Source: Candidatus Latescibacterota bacterium (lineage in GTDB: Bacteria; Latescibacterota; UBA2968; GCA-2709665). Taken from it: a stretch of DNA of 64,000 nucleotides. The stretch lies in NCBI GenBank assembly GCA_965219455.1, contig OZ244744.1, positions 3,424,001 through 3,488,000 of the forward strand. The letters run 5' to 3'. Shown piece after piece: positions 1 to 11,450 of this stretch. The notes under the pieces were generated by a model. It saw nothing but the letters and a program-made list of their open reading frames with translations. It made no database searches and was not told where the DNA came from. Numbering within the stretch: position 1 is the stretch's first letter; every line of letters begins with the position of its first letter. The position numbers were made by a program, and so were the translations under genes.

Positions 1-1
1 C

Positions 2-1060
2 GCAGAGGAGTGGAAGACCGCGCGACCGGATTACGTGTGGTCGTTCCCGCGCGATCATTGGGCGCGGGACGGGTACAAAACGGAGTGGTGGTACTTTACC
101 GGGCATCTGACGGCGGAGGACGGCCGGCGTTTCGGGTACCAGTTCACCTTCTTCAGGGTCGGCCTGTTGCCGCAGCGCCCCTCGCTGGCGTCGGAATGGG
201 CGACCGGTAATCTGATCATGGGCCACGCGGCCATCAGCGATCCGGGTTCGGGGCGACACCTTTTCAGCGAGGTGATCTACCGCGTGACGCCGCTGCTGGG
301 CGGGTTTGGCGAGTACCCCGATACGTCGATCGCCTGGAGCCGGTCACCGGCAGGCACGGACGGTCTGTGGACGCTGCGCTGGAACGGCTCCGGATTCAAT
401 TTTTCGATGACAGACAGCCGACATCAAATGGGATTCTCACTGTCGTCCCGACCGGCGAAGCCTTTGGTGTTTCAGGGGCCGGGGGGTTACAGCAGGAAAG
501 GGAAGGGCGAGGCGGCGGCCAGCCAGTACTACAGCTTTACTCGGCTTGCGACATCCGGCGAGATCAGGCTGGGCGACGAGCGGGTGGCCGTAACGGGCCA
601 GAGCTGGATGGACAAGGAGTTCGGGTCGAACCAACTCGAAGCCCACCAGGTCGGTTGGGACTGGTTCAGCCTGCAGCTTGACGACGGACGCGAAGCGATG
701 CTGTACGTGCTGCGGGATTCCACGGGCGCCGTGGACTTTTCCCGGGGGACGATGGTCGCGGCTTCTGGGGAGGCGCGCTATCTGGCGCCTGAGGATTTTT
801 CTGTTCGGTCCACGGATACCTGGAGGAGTCCGGAGACGGATGCGGTCTATCCCTCGCGCTGGGAAGTCGCGTTGCCGGGCGACGGGTTGCGGATGCTGGT
901 CCGGCCCGTGATGGCGGACCAGGAGAATCGCAGCGCGTTGATGAAATCACTGTTTTACTGGGAGGGCGCCGTGGAAATCACCGGCCTGGATGGTAAGCCG
1001 ATGGGGCGGGGATACGTGGAACTCGTGGGGTACGGGACGGGCAGCCGGCCGGGGATATAG
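2..1060 (+). CDS. Lipocalin-like / AttH-CrtC family secreted hydrolase-like protein, 5'-truncated by the window edge
   Basis: Frame is open from position 2 (AEEWKTARPDYVWSFPRDH). Family motifs: FPRDH, TEWWY, SQYYS, WMDKEF, GWDWFSLQL, YWEGAV, GYVELVGY. Confidence 0.8.
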   Translation, partial: AEEWKTARPDYVWSFPRDHWARDGYKTEWWYFTGHLTAEDGRRFGYQFTFFRVGLLPQRPSLASEWATGNLIMGHAAISDPGSGRHLFSEVIYRVTPLLGGFGEYPDTSIAWSRSPAGTDGLWTLRWNGSGFNFSMTDSRHQMGFSLSSRPAKPLVFQGPGGYSRKGKGEAAASQYYSFTRLATSGEIRLGDERVAVTGQSWMDKEFGSNQLEAHQVGWDWFSLQLDDGREAMLYVLRDSTGAVDFSRGTMVAASGEARYLAPEDFSVRSTDTWRSPETDAVYPSRWEVALPGDGLRMLVRPVMADQENRSALMKSLFYWEGAVEITGLDGKPMGRGYVELVGYGTGSRPGI

Positions 1061-1137
1061 AGTTTCGACAATTGAAAACGCGAACAACCTGGGGATTCCT
1101 CCGAATGGTTCGGAACGGGATCCCCATTTTACATGCC

Positions 1138-2379
1138 TTACCGAATTGACGTCGTTTCCTCCGGGAGTTCGCCAACGTACCGCGCGCGCGGGCGGATGAT
1201 CCGTCCGATCCGGTACTGTTCGATGGCGTGGCCGATCCAGCCCACGGTCCTGCCCAGGGCGAACAGCGTCATTGCGCCCCCTGGCGGCAGGTTGAGGACG
1301 CGGGCGAGCGTGGCCAGCGCCAGGTCGACATTATACGGGAGGCTGGTGACCTCGGCCGCGGCCTGGATCGTCGCGAGCGCGAGGCGCACGTCGGGGTGCT
1401 CCCCGCGGGATTCCTGGAGCAGCCGGAGCAGCAGTTTGCCCCTGGGGTCGTCGTCCCGGTAGATAACGTGACCGAACCCCGGGAGGCCCTCGCCCCGCTT
1501 GAGCCTGTCCAGCATGGCCTGCCGGATGTCGGCTTGGCTCTCCATCTCGCGAAAGAAGGCCTCGACCTGTTCGCTGGCCCCGCCGTGCTTGTAGCCCTGA
1601 ACGGCACTGAGGGCGGCCGTCACCACGGCATAGAGCGTCGCGCCGGTGGATGCCACGCATCGCGCTGTGAAAGCCGACGCGTTGAGTTCGTGATCGGCGC
1701 ACAGAATGAGCGCTGCATTGATGAGGAACGCGGCGTGATCGTCTTCCGGGGCCCATGCCCGCTGGAGCGTCCGGGCGATGCCGTCGACCGGGTTCGCCCC
1801 GCCGGCCGCGAGGGCCGAGAGCAGGCGGAGAATGCGGCTCCCGGTCCGGACCGTGGACTGTGTTTGCAGGTCATGAGCGGCGAGGTCTTCGGTTGCGGCC
1901 AGGGGTAACAGAACCTGGAAGGCTTCGACGGGTTTCAGGTCCTCCAGGTGATGCAATCTGCGTTGAAGTCTTACGGAGACGGCCTCGCCATCCGGAGAAA
2001 CAAGCGCGGGAATTTCCATTTCGGGATTCCCTGTCCAGATAAGCGCCGCCACCTGCTCGATGCTGCGATGCCTGGCAAGGTCCAGGGCGTTGCGGCCCCG
2101 GTAGTAGACACAGTCGTCGGTAATGAGCGTGATTGCCGATTCGAGCACAGGCGCCCCCGCACGCAGGGCGTCTTCCGCGATCGTCTCCGGATCCCGTCGG
2201 CCTTTTTTCCGCGCCTGGAGTTTCCTGACGTCGGCGGCGTAGTACCGGCGTGCGCGGCGGTTGTGTCCCACCGCCTCGGAGCGGATCAGACCGCGGCTCA
2301 CGTAGGCATAAAGGCTCTCCACGGCGATGTTCAACTCGCCGGCAGCCTCCCTGGCTGTGAGATATCGAGCGTGTTTCAT
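1138..2379 (-). CDS. HTH-citrate synthase family fusion protein (putative regulator/sensor)
   Basis: N-terminal YLTAREAAGELNI..SLYAYVSRGLIRS HTH, followed by a citrate synthase fold (DHELNAS, GYKHGGA, GFGHVIY, NVD). GGAGG RBS precedes the ATG at 2379. Confidence 0.85.
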   Translation of the reverse strand: MKHARYLTAREAAGELNIAVESLYAYVSRGLIRSEAVGHNRRARRYYAADVRKLQARKKGRRDPETIAEDALRAGAPVLESAITLITDDCVYYRGRNALDLARHRSIEQVAALIWTGNPEMEIPALVSPDGEAVSVRLQRRLHHLEDLKPVEAFQVLLPLAATEDLAAHDLQTQSTVRTGSRILRLLSALAAGGANPVDGIARTLQRAWAPEDDHAAFLINAALILCADHELNASAFTARCVASTGATLYAVVTAALSAVQGYKHGGASEQVEAFFREMESQADIRQAMLDRLKRGEGLPGFGHVIYRDDDPRGKLLLRLLQESRGEHPDVRLALATIQAAAEVTSLPYNVDLALATLARVLNLPPGGAMTLFALGRTVGWIGHAIEQYRIGRIIRPRARYVGELPEETTSIR

Positions 2380-2522
2380 GGCGCCCCTCCATTCTGAAGT
2401 CGCGATACAATATAATATATCAGACCTGTCCAAGAAAGGATGTGAAGCGCAATAGAATAACTCCTCCGAGTATGCGGGATCAGATGACAAATATAAAAAC
2501 AGCTCTGGCATCACCTGCGAGA

Positions 2523-2651
2523 CCTACCCCCTAACCCCCTTCCTGAGAGGAAAGGGGGAACTGCTTATTCAGAGTTTATGCGAGATAGTGTTTACGCAAC
2601 GCTTCGCTCTACTCCCCCTCTCCTCGCAGGAGAGGGTGCCGGGGGGAGAGG
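2523..2651. repeat. Inverted pair of REP-like GC-rich hairpin elements
   Basis: 2523-2559 (cctaccccctaacccccttcctgagaggaaaggggga) resembles the reverse complement of 2613-2651. Each copy has its own hairpin. Confidence 0.6.
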
Positions 2652-2683
2652 TCCCTCTTTCCGCAATCATGAGTCAATTTATG

Positions 2684-2735
2684 ATATATTGATTTTAGAA
2701 TCAAGATTGACAATATATTTTTCTTTGTATAGAAT
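2684..2735 (+). promoter_or_regulatory. sigma70 promoter with overlapping palindromic operator upstream of citrate synthase
   Basis: TTGACA (2707-2712), 17 bp, TAGAAT (2730-2735). Inverted repeats TTGATT-N4-AATCAA (2689-2704) and ATATATTG/CAATATAT (2684-2691/2711-2718). Confidence 0.75.
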
Positions 2736-2825
2736 TCCATAAATCGACAAGTGTACACCGATGACGATCCGGAGGAATAAATCCGGCCCGTAAGGGACCG
2801 AATTTCAAATCCAGGAGGAGTGCAG

Positions 2826-3962
2826 ATGGCGAAAAAGGGTTTTGCGCCCGGCCTGAAGGGCGTCGTCGCCGCGCGGACCTGCCTGAGCAGGATCGATGGC
2901 GAAGCGGGCGAGTTGATCGTTGGGGGGTTTCCATTGGAATCGCTGGCGCACAACGCGTCGTTTGAAGAGATGCTCTACCTGTTATGGCACGATCGGCTCC
3001 CGGATGCGGCGCAGTTGAAGGCGATAACGGAGGCGCTGGCAATGCGCCGTGGGCTTCCCGAGGCGACTGTGGCGTTGCTCCGGGCAGCGGCGGCGGAGGG
3101 TGCGCTGGTGATCGACGCGTTGCGAATGGGCGTGGCCTCGTTGAGCCTCGGGTCCGTGGCGTCGCCGGACGAACGGACGGACGCGTTGACTGTTGTGGCG
3201 CGGTTTCCCACGCTGGTCGCGGCGTACTGGCGGATGTTGAATGCCGCAAAGCCGGTTGCGCCGCGCGACGACCTGGGGCATGCGGCGAATTATCTCTACA
3301 TGCTGACCGGCGAGGAATCCGGCCATGCGCGAACCAGGGCGATGGAGACGTATCTGAATACGGTAATGGATCACGGGCTGAACGCATCCACGTTCACGGC
3401 GCGGGTCATCGTCTCCACGCGATCGGACATGATCTCGGCGGTGACGGGCGCTCTGGGCGCTTTGAAGGGACCGCTTCACGGGGGTGCGCCCGGTCCGGCG
3501 CTGGATATGGTGTTCGAGATCGGGAGCATCGAAAACGTCGAGCCGTATCTGCGGGCGAAGCTGGAGCGCGGGGAACGGCTGATGGGGTTCGGCCACGCGG
3601 TCTACCGGGTGCGGGATCCGCGCGCGTCCGTGCTCGCGGCCGAGGCGGCCCGTTTCTTTGGGGCCGACGGCGATCGGCAGCTGTACGACCTCGCCCGCGA
3701 GGTGGAGCGGACCGCCGTGCGCCTGCTGGCCGAATACAAACCGGGGCGCAATCTGGACACGAACGTGGAGTTCTATACGGCGCTGCTGCTGCACGGGCTG
3801 GGTCTGCCGGCCGAGTTGTTCACGCCCACGTTTGCCGTGGGACGCGTCGCAGGGTGGACCGCTCACGGTTTTGAGCAAAAGGCGGATGACCGGATCATTC
3901 GGCCGCGGGCGGAATACGTTGGTGCGACGGGCCGGCGATGGAAACCCGTTAACGAGAGATGA
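2826..3962 (+). CDS. Citrate synthase / methylcitrate synthase family protein
   Basis: GLKGVVAA, DHGLNASTF, GPLHGGA, MGFGHAVY, NVEFY motifs. GGAGGAG RBS at 2814-2820. Confidence 0.9.
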   Translation: MAKKGFAPGLKGVVAARTCLSRIDGEAGELIVGGFPLESLAHNASFEEMLYLLWHDRLPDAAQLKAITEALAMRRGLPEATVALLRAAAAEGALVIDALRMGVASLSLGSVASPDERTDALTVVARFPTLVAAYWRMLNAAKPVAPRDDLGHAANYLYMLTGEESGHARTRAMETYLNTVMDHGLNASTFTARVIVSTRSDMISAVTGALGALKGPLHGGAPGPALDMVFEIGSIENVEPYLRAKLERGERLMGFGHAVYRVRDPRASVLAAEAARFFGADGDRQLYDLAREVERTAVRLLAEYKPGRNLDTNVEFYTALLLHGLGLPAELFTPTFAVGRVAGWTAHGFEQKADDRIIRPRAEYVGATGRRWKPVNER

Positions 3963-4030
3963 CGTCGCCCCGGGGCTGCCGGGGAGTCCGTTTGCGCGGA
4001 ATCGCCTGACCGGTTTCCAATGAAGTGCAA

Positions 4031-4062
4031 GGGCGGCCCTTGTGGTCGCCCGCTTTCGTTTT
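4031..4062 (+). repeat. 32-bp REP-like repeat, copy 1 (identical to 10072-10103)
   Basis: gggcggcccttgtggtcgcccgctttcgtttt; GC hairpin followed by a T-rich tail. Confidence 0.85.
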
Positions 4063-4252
4063 TCGCTAGGCCCGCAAGCCGGATTAGGGTGAATCCGCGT
4101 CGGGTTGAGAAAAATCGAACCGGCGAATATGGGAATAGACGTCAAAAGTCCTTTCAGAGTGCATCCTGAACGGTGTAAGTGCGGAGGATAAATCGAATGC
4201 GCGCGCAATCCCCGAAACAGTTGAATTTAACGATGGATGACGAAGAAGAGTG

Positions 4253-5998
4253 ATGAAAAAGCCAGGCAGCCAATATCGGAGCATACTTGTCCGCTACCTC
4301 CAACCGCAGTGGCCGAGGGTACTGTGGATGGCGCTGCTGTTGTTGGGAGGTATCGGCCTGCAGCTTTTCAACCCGTTGATCATGCGTTATTTCATCGATA
4401 CCGCAAGGGAGGGTGGATCACTACAGCAACTTACCCTGGCGGGCTTGTTGTTCATGGGTGTTGGGATGGTTCATCAGACTGTGTCTGCCTTCGCAAGCTA
4501 CGTTAGCAGCGATGTGAGTTGGCGCGCAACAAACCGTCTTCGGTCTGATTTGACGGGTCATATCCTGAGCCTGGATATGGCTTTTCACAACCGGCGCACC
4601 CCTGGTGAACTGATTGAACGCGTTGACGGCGACGTGGGTCGACTTGCCGCCTTTTTCTCGGATTTTGTGATTGAACTGATTGGCGGCGTCCTGCTGACGC
4701 TTGGTGTCCTGTTCGTCCTGCTGTGCGAAGATTGGCGACTGGGCGCAATACTTGCCGCCTTTGTGGCGGTCTATCTGACGGTTCACATTCGCGCTCAAAC
4801 CATGTCCGTGTCATTCTGGCATGCCGAACGGCAGGCCAGTGCTGAGCTGTCCGGTTTTCTGGAGGAGCGTCTGTCCGGTCTCCGGGACATCCGGGCAAAC
4901 GGCGCAATCGCCTATATGATGCGGCGCTTCCACGAGGTTGCGAGGCGGGCGTTCGCAACGGCGTTCAAAGCCGACCTGATCACCGACGTGGGTTGGACAA
5001 TATCGAACATCGTGTTCGCGACAGGCTTTGCGGTAGCAATGGCGTATGGTGCATACCTGTTCCAGGTCAATGCCGTTACCATCGGGACCGTCTATCTCGT
5101 GCTCCATTATCTTCAGATGCTACATACGCCGCTGAACAGAATTCAAAGACAGGTAGAAGTCTTTCAGAGCATCCGGGTTGGCATCCAGCGCGTTGGAGAA
5201 CTCAGGATGACCGAACCGGAAATTCCTGACGGCCATGGAGCGGTCCTTCCGTCGGGCCCGCTTTCTGTGGCGTGCCGAAACGTCTGCTTTTCCTACCAGC
5301 CGGAACAAACGGTACTGCAAGATCTCACGTTTCAACTGGATTCGGGCAAAGTGCTCGGTTTGCTGGGACGGACCGGGAGCGGAAAGACCACCCTTTCCCG
5401 TCTTCTCTTCCGCCTCTACGACGCCGATGATGGTTCGATTTGCCTGAGCGGCACAGACATTCGCAAACCGCGGCTGTCTGATCTACGGGCGCACGTTGGA
5501 TTGGTCACACAGGACGTACAGCTGTTTCAGGCAACCGTTCGGGATAACTTGACCTTGTTCGATCCATCCATCCACGATGATCGCGTTCTGGCCGGGCTTC
5601 ACGCTTTGGGGTTGGATGTCTGGTTCGAATCGCTTCCTGCGGGTCTCGATACGCAAATGCCGCCGGGCGGGGGTGGACTTTCGGCTGGCGAGGCGCAACT
5701 GGTGGCGTTTGCGAGGGCTTTTCTGAAGGATCCCGGATTGCTGATTCTGGACGAAGCCTCGTCGCGTCTGGACGCGGCGACTGAGAGACGCCTTGAACGG
5801 GCAATGGACGTACTCCTCCGGAATCGTACCGCGATTATCATCGCACACCGTCTTTCAACCGTGCATCGTGCAGATGAAATCATGATTCTCGAAGCAGGAC
5901 GGATAAAAGAATATGGGACATACGCGAAATTAGCGGAGAACCCCGATTCCGTCTTTTCCGGTCTGTTGCGAACCGGGTTGGAGGGTGGATTGTCTTGA
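4253..5998 (+). CDS. ABC exporter, fused permease/ATPase (heterodimer half 1)
   Basis: Multi-TM N-terminus; Walker A GRTGSGKT, signature LSAGE, Walker B ILDEA, AHRL. Confidence 0.92.
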   Translation: MKKPGSQYRSILVRYLQPQWPRVLWMALLLLGGIGLQLFNPLIMRYFIDTAREGGSLQQLTLAGLLFMGVGMVHQTVSAFASYVSSDVSWRATNRLRSDLTGHILSLDMAFHNRRTPGELIERVDGDVGRLAAFFSDFVIELIGGVLLTLGVLFVLLCEDWRLGAILAAFVAVYLTVHIRAQTMSVSFWHAERQASAELSGFLEERLSGLRDIRANGAIAYMMRRFHEVARRAFATAFKADLITDVGWTISNIVFATGFAVAMAYGAYLFQVNAVTIGTVYLVLHYLQMLHTPLNRIQRQVEVFQSIRVGIQRVGELRMTEPEIPDGHGAVLPSGPLSVACRNVCFSYQPEQTVLQDLTFQLDSGKVLGLLGRTGSGKTTLSRLLFRLYDADDGSICLSGTDIRKPRLSDLRAHVGLVTQDVQLFQATVRDNLTLFDPSIHDDRVLAGLHALGLDVWFESLPAGLDTQMPPGGGGLSAGEAQLVAFARAFLKDPGLLILDEASSRLDAATERRLERAMDVLLRNRTAIIIAHRLSTVHRADEIMILEAGRIKEYGTYAKLAENPDSVFSGLLRTGLEGGLS

Positions 5999-7824
5999 CA
6001 TCCATTGCCCAAAAGACAGGGGGAAAATGGCGATGTTTCCGGGCGCTGATGCGATTTAGCCCCTTGTTGTTTTTCCTCGGCGTCATCCTTTCTTTGGGTT
6101 ATTACGGGTTCCCGCTGATCGTTGGGCTAATCTTGCGCGCCTTCCTGGACACCTTAACAGGCGAGACGGAAATCCGCTTTGGCATCGGGACGTTGGTGAT
6201 TCTCTTTCTGGCCACAAGATTGACCATACAGGGAGCCGAGCAGGGATACGCCGCGACCTACGCATATTTCGAAGGCAAACTGAAGACACTTATCCGCGGA
6301 AATCTGTTCAAGTGTCTCCTGCATGGCGTTGATGTCCCTGTTGCTCTGGTGGCGGGCGAGATCGCCAACCGCCTGGATGACGATATCGATGGAGCGATTG
6401 CCCCCATAACGATTTTCCTCGCCCTGATCGGGCAAGCAATGGCTGCCGTCTTTGCGTTAGCTGTGCTGGTGAATGTCAACCCTTATATCACGCTTCTGGC
6501 ATTCATACCGATGATAGCAATAGTACTTCTTGCAAACGGAATGGGCAGGCGCATTCAAACTTTTCGGCAGGCGAGCCGGGAAACCACGGGCCGCGTCACC
6601 GGTTTCCTTGGCGACCTCTTCGGGGCGGCCCAGGCAGTCAAGGTTGCAAACAGCGAGGCAGACACCGTCCTCCATTTCGATAGACTCAACGAGGCGAGGC
6701 GCAAAGCGGTTATCAGGGACCGCCTCTTCAACCGGTTGCTGGCTTCGATGAATTCGACGACAATCAATCTGGCGACCGGCGTAATTTTGATATTTGCCGC
6801 GGAACTGATGAGACGCGGGGACTTTAGTGTGGGCGACTTCGCGCTGTTTGTCAGTTACATCGCCCTGGGCGAATTTACCGTATTGGCATTTGCGGATCGT
6901 TTGGGAGGTTTGATGGCCGCGCTCAAGCAGGCAGACGTTTCCATAGAGCGACTCGGTGAACTTTTGCCAAGCATCGCTCAAGAAGCGATAGTCCGTCGCC
7001 GTCCGGTTTACCTGCGGGGTGATTTTCCTTCCGTGCCATTCATCAAAAAAAAGAGCACCCATTGTCTACGACACCTTCGAGCGGAAGGCTTGAGCTATCG
7101 TCATTCGGAGACCGGACGGGGAATTGACGGGATAGACCTTCATCTGGCTGCCGGGACCGTAACCGTGATCACCGGTCGGATTGGTTCCGGCAAGACGACG
7201 TTTCTGGATACCCTGTTGGGGCACCTGCCCAGGGATGCCGGGGAAGTTTACTGGAACGGCAAAAACGTGCCGGATGCGGCATCGTTCCTCGTGCCACCGC
7301 GCTGCGCATATACGCCTCAGGTCCCGCGACTCTTCAGCGACACGGTGCGAGACAATATCCTCCTGGGTCTACCGGAAGAACGCGTCGACCTCAATGCGGC
7401 GATTCGGAAAGCGGTAATGGAAGACGATCTGGAGACGCTGGAAAACGGACTGGATACGTTGATCGGTCCGAGGGGCGCAAGACTCTCAGGCGGGCAGGTA
7501 CTACGGACAGCAGCGGCGCGGATGTTTGTGCGTGAGCCTGAATTGGTCGTGTTCGATGATCTTTCCAGCGCCCTTGATGTAGATACGGAGCGGATATTGT
7601 GGGATCGTGTATTTGAACAACCGGAGATGACCCGGTCGGGTCGGAACGTCAACACGTATCTCGTGGTATCGCATCGTCGAGCCGCCTTGCGGCGCGCCGA
7701 CAATATAATCGTACTTAAGGATGGAAGAATGGACGCGGAGGGCACATTGGACGCGCTTCTGGAAGGCTGCGACGAGATGCAGAGGTTGTGGCAAGGGGAT
7801 TTGGGTGCGTCAGAAAGGGGATGA
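5995..7824 (+). CDS. ABC exporter, fused permease/ATPase (heterodimer half 2, degenerate Walker B)
   Basis: [17 protein letters not shown] (catalytic E->D), SHR. Overlaps the upstream stop (TTGA). Confidence 0.9.
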   Translation: MTSIAQKTGGKWRCFRALMRFSPLLFFLGVILSLGYYGFPLIVGLILRAFLDTLTGETEIRFGIGTLVILFLATRLTIQGAEQGYAATYAYFEGKLKTLIRGNLFKCLLHGVDVPVALVAGEIANRLDDDIDGAIAPITIFLALIGQAMAAVFALAVLVNVNPYITLLAFIPMIAIVLLANGMGRRIQTFRQASRETTGRVTGFLGDLFGAAQAVKVANSEADTVLHFDRLNEARRKAVIRDRLFNRLLASMNSTTINLATGVILIFAAELMRRGDFSVGDFALFVSYIALGEFTVLAFADRLGGLMAALKQADVSIERLGELLPSIAQEAIVRRRPVYLRGDFPSVPFIKKKSTHCLRHLRAEGLSYRHSETGRGIDGIDLHLAAGTVTVITGRIGSGKTTFLDTLLGHLPRDAGEVYWNGKNVPDAASFLVPPRCAYTPQVPRLFSDTVRDNILLGLPEERVDLNAAIRKAVMEDDLETLENGLDTLIGPRGARLSGGQVLRTAAARMFVREPELVVFDDLSSALDVDTERILWDRVFEQPEMTRSGRNVNTYLVVSHRRAALRRADNIIVLKDGRMDAEGTLDALLEGCDEMQRLWQGDLGASERG

Positions 7825-9932
7825 GGTTTTATTCATTCGTCGAATGGAGGGCAAATTTGATTGAGTTGGTTCGCAGGCTGAATCCGTGGGTAAACTTTTG
7901 GGGCCTCGTTCTGACGTTGCTGATGCCGGTAACGACGTGGGCAGATGCTCAGGACCGGATCCGGGTCGTCCAAGCCGTGAAAGTAGATACCCCACCGGTT
8001 ATAGATGGCGACCTATCGGACGCCGTTTGGCAACAGGCCCGGATCGCGACCGATTTCTTCCGCGCAAAGGAGGGGAACATCCGTCCGGCGCGTCTCAATA
8101 CCGAAGTCAGGATATTGTACGATGAGAACGCGCTCTATATCGGCGTGTACTGTGAAGAACCGGATATGAATCGTCTGCGTGAAACAAAAACGCGCCGTGA
8201 TTCCCACGTCTGGCACAATGACTGTATAGAGGTTCTGCTGGATACCTATCGCGACCGTCGCAACTGCTACGTTTTTGCAACCAATACACTTGGCACACAG
8301 ATGGACGAACGAATAAGTAACGAGAGCGTTTTCGATATGAGTTGGGATGCCGGATGGGAATCAAGTGTAAGTAAACATCGTCATGGCTGGACAGCCGAAT
8401 TCGCGATTCCGTTTCGAGTCCTCCGTTTTAATCCGCGCAATACGACGTGGGGAATCAATTTTTGGAGGACCCATCCGATAAATGGTCAATCTTATTCCTG
8501 GGCGCGGACTGCATTTTTCGGCCGTGTGTCCGAGTTCGGCGATCTGACCGGATTGAATCTTGGAGAGATCCGTATGGAGCCGAAGATCGGCATACTCCCC
8601 TACGGGACCTATCGTGCAATAGACGACCGTCCGGATGATTTTAACGGAGGGTTGGACTTCATTGTACCGATCTCGACGCATCTTACCTCGAATGTGACAT
8701 TCAATCCGGATTTCTCGCAGTTGGAAAGTGACCCGACCCAAATCAACATAATAAGCGACCGGGAGTTGTCTCTCCCGGAGAAGCGGCCATTTTTCCGGGA
8801 GGGCGCCGAACTGTTCAAGTTGCCCCTGAACCTGTTCTATACCCGTCGCGTACAGGAAATCGATATCGGAACAAAAGTGGCGGGTAAATTTCGCGGCGCC
8901 AATTTTTCGGTGATCAACACTTACGGCAAGATGATCGATCGATACGATGGGGATCGGAAAAAGCAGGCGAATCTCCTGGCGGGGCGTATTAACTTCGACA
9001 TTGGTGAGCGTACAGTCATCGGCTTTATGGGAGTCCAGAAACACCAGGCGGATAGGGATGTGGCGCCTCTATCTCTCAACGGTCGATTCGGATTTCATAG
9101 AGACTGGACTGCAACGTCGCAGTATGCGATTAATTCCGTTGAGGGTCAAACGCATTGGGCGTACCATAACGCGCTTGAATGGCTTCACGAGGGTTGGCTG
9201 GCCCAAATCGGGGTTGAAGAGATTCAAGACGGCTTTCGGCCGAACGAGATGGGACTTGAAGATGATGCATTCCGCCGCACGCGTGTTCGCACGAGGTACA
9301 GTTACGGGTTGCCCGAGACGAGTCTCGGGCATTCGTTGGGGGTTGAGATGCACCACTTATACCAGACCGACGCACACCAATTGTTACGGGAACGGCGGAG
9401 CGAGTTCCGGTCCGATATCGAAATTGGCCGGATTGATATTTCCGCCTTCGGCGGCCTCGGGGTCCTGCGCGAAGTCGGTCAACTCTTCGATACCAGGTTT
9501 GTTGGCTCCGAGATAAATTACGAAGCACAACACTGGCACCTGAACGCCTTTAGTCGTTTCGGACTTCGTCGCGTTGAAATCAGCCGATATACGAACTTTT
9601 CCGCGGGTCTCAACCTCCTGGGCAAACTTACTGCGGATGTCGATCTCGGCTACCTTTACTGGCGTTCACATCGCAACACGCTGATATTCCGGCTCCGCAG
9701 CAACTATCAATTCTCCCGAAAGGTCGGATGGCGCGTTTTTGTCGAACGCGTCGATGAACGGCTGGGACACGAAACGCTCCATAGTTTCAATGCGATCTTC
9801 GACTGCGAATTCACTCCTGAAAGCCACTTCTTCTTCGTATTTGTGGATAGCCGACCAGGTAAGCGGGCTGTGTTCGCGAAACTTGCGTATCTTTTCGAAT
9901 CCGGTTTTCCGGCTTTTGGTCGAACCAATTGA
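7821..9932 (+). CDS. CBM9-like + DUF5916 outer-membrane/secreted protein
   Basis: Signal-like N-terminus; [44 protein letters not shown] motifs; beta-rich C-terminus. ATGA overlap with the ABC gene. Confidence 0.8.
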   Translation: MRFYSFVEWRANLIELVRRLNPWVNFWGLVLTLLMPVTTWADAQDRIRVVQAVKVDTPPVIDGDLSDAVWQQARIATDFFRAKEGNIRPARLNTEVRILYDENALYIGVYCEEPDMNRLRETKTRRDSHVWHNDCIEVLLDTYRDRRNCYVFATNTLGTQMDERISNESVFDMSWDAGWESSVSKHRHGWTAEFAIPFRVLRFNPRNTTWGINFWRTHPINGQSYSWARTAFFGRVSEFGDLTGLNLGEIRMEPKIGILPYGTYRAIDDRPDDFNGGLDFIVPISTHLTSNVTFNPDFSQLESDPTQINIISDRELSLPEKRPFFREGAELFKLPLNLFYTRRVQEIDIGTKVAGKFRGANFSVINTYGKMIDRYDGDRKKQANLLAGRINFDIGERTVIGFMGVQKHQADRDVAPLSLNGRFGFHRDWTATSQYAINSVEGQTHWAYHNALEWLHEGWLAQIGVEEIQDGFRPNEMGLEDDAFRRTRVRTRYSYGLPETSLGHSLGVEMHHLYQTDAHQLLRERRSEFRSDIEIGRIDISAFGGLGVLREVGQLFDTRFVGSEINYEAQHWHLNAFSRFGLRRVEISRYTNFSAGLNLLGKLTADVDLGYLYWRSHRNTLIFRLRSNYQFSRKVGWRVFVERVDERLGHETLHSFNAIFDCEFTPESHFFFVFVDSRPGKRAVFAKLAYLFESGFPAFGRTN

Positions 9933-10067
9933 GCGGTATCGACGACAGTGGAAAATTCCTTGCTGGGGCTAACGTACCCGGCACGCGTGTTGATTTGCGA
10001 AATAGTAAAGGTTTAATGGGTCTCGCGATCCTTTCTGGCAAAGCCATCCTGCGGTTATGCAATGATT

Positions 10068-10103
10068 GTAGGGGCGGCCCTTGTGGTCGCCCGCTTTCGT
10101 TTT
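10068..10103 (+). repeat. REP-like repeat, copy 2, with GTAG 5' tetranucleotide
   Basis: gtag followed by gggcggcccttgtggtcgcccgctttcgtttt (32 nt identical to 4031-4062). Confidence 0.85.
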
Positions 10104-10228
10104 ACCCGTGAACAGAAAGGAATTGATCGGCAGATACAAGAAAGCTATCTTGTCGGCGTCATCAGCGGCGAAGGGAGCCGCCGATTTTTCAGTTTCCGCA
10201 CGAATCATTCGCCAAATAAGAGGTGTGT

Positions 10229-11362
10229 ATGGACAGCGGAAGAGGACGCCGGATCTACGAAGACCTGGGGGTGAACCCTGTGATCAATGCGATGGGAAGC
10301 CAGACCGTTCTGGGGGGTTCGCGCCTGTCTCCCGGGGTGCGGCAGGCCATGCAGGATGCGAACCGGTACTTTGTGGATATGAAAGAACTGCTGAAGCGTT
10401 CGGGCGAGGTGATTGCCGGGATGCTGGGGGCGGAGGCGGCGCTGGTCACGCCCGGTTGCGCCTCGGTGCTGGCGCTCGGATCGGCAGCGTGCATGACGGG
10501 AGACGATCCCGGCAAGATGGAGCGGTTGCCCGACACCACGGGGATGCGGGACGAGTTTCTGATTCAGGCCGGTCAGCGTTACAAGTACGAACGCTGCGTA
10601 ACGATTTTTGGCGGAAAACTGGTGGAAGTGGGAGACGCGAAGGGCACGACGGCGCGGCAACTCGATGCGGCGATGACCGAGCGCACGGCCGGGTTGCTCT
10701 ATGTCGCGCCCGGTGGCGGAGCGGGCGTTGTCCCGCTGGAGGATGCCATGGTCATTGCGAGGGACCGTGGCGTTCCGGTGATCGTGGATGCGGCTTCCCA
10801 GGTGTTTCCGCTGGACGCCATGTGTCGGTACCCCAGGATGGGCGCGGACCTGGTGGGGTACGGCGCGAAATATTTCGGCGCGTGCAACTCAACCGGGATT
10901 ATGTGCGGACGGAAAGACCTGGTGGATGCGGCTTTCGTGCACGGTTTTATCGGATTTGAAACCGAGGAACCGCGCACGGTGGGCCGCCCCTTGAAGGTGG
11001 ACCGCCAGGAGGTGATTGCCGTTACGGCCGCGTTGAAGGAATGGTTCGAAATGGACCACGACGCGCGGTTTGCCGACCACCGGCGCAAGGCCGACGAGAT
11101 CCTGCGCGCGCTGGAGGGAGTCCCTCACGTCGAGGTGGAACATGTAACGGAAAAACGGGGGCTCAGCAACGGGCTGCTGATCCGGTTCGACGAAGAGGCC
11201 CTGGGAAAATCCCTATCGCAGATCCTGGCCGAATTGCAGGAGGGCCGGCCGAGTATCGTGCTGGGGGAAAGCGGGAACGCGCTCCATGTGTCGGTGCCCA
11301 CGTTGACGGATGAGGACCTGGGCGTGGTTAGCGGGCGCTTGAGGGCGGTTTTGGGCGCGTAG
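10229..11362 (+). CDS. SelA-like PLP-dependent enzyme (DgaE / SelA-related family)
   Basis: IYEDLGVNPVINA.G..T.LGGS, VIVDAA, YGAKY (PLP Lys), GRPLKV. Confidence 0.8.
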   Translation: MDSGRGRRIYEDLGVNPVINAMGSQTVLGGSRLSPGVRQAMQDANRYFVDMKELLKRSGEVIAGMLGAEAALVTPGCASVLALGSAACMTGDDPGKMERLPDTTGMRDEFLIQAGQRYKYERCVTIFGGKLVEVGDAKGTTARQLDAAMTERTAGLLYVAPGGGAGVVPLEDAMVIARDRGVPVIVDAASQVFPLDAMCRYPRMGADLVGYGAKYFGACNSTGIMCGRKDLVDAAFVHGFIGFETEEPRTVGRPLKVDRQEVIAVTAALKEWFEMDHDARFADHRRKADEILRALEGVPHVEVEHVTEKRGLSNGLLIRFDEEALGKSLSQILAELQEGRPSIVLGESGNALHVSVPTLTDEDLGVVSGRLRAVLGA

Positions 11363-11450
11363 CGTGCGGTGACTTGTCGGGAGGGCCGTAAGGGAAGCGC
11401 TTTTCAATGGATCGGACGTTTGATTTCACGATGAGGGTACAAATTCGAGC

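Noticed and set aside
2380-2514. 45-aa N-terminal extension of the HTH-citrate synthase in the ORF track
   Set aside because: A clear GGAGG RBS precedes the ATG at 2379, and the extension is AT-rich intergenic-like sequence.
10229-11362. True selenocysteine synthase selA
   Set aside because: Shorter DgaE-like form, with no selB, selD or tRNA-Sec in the window.
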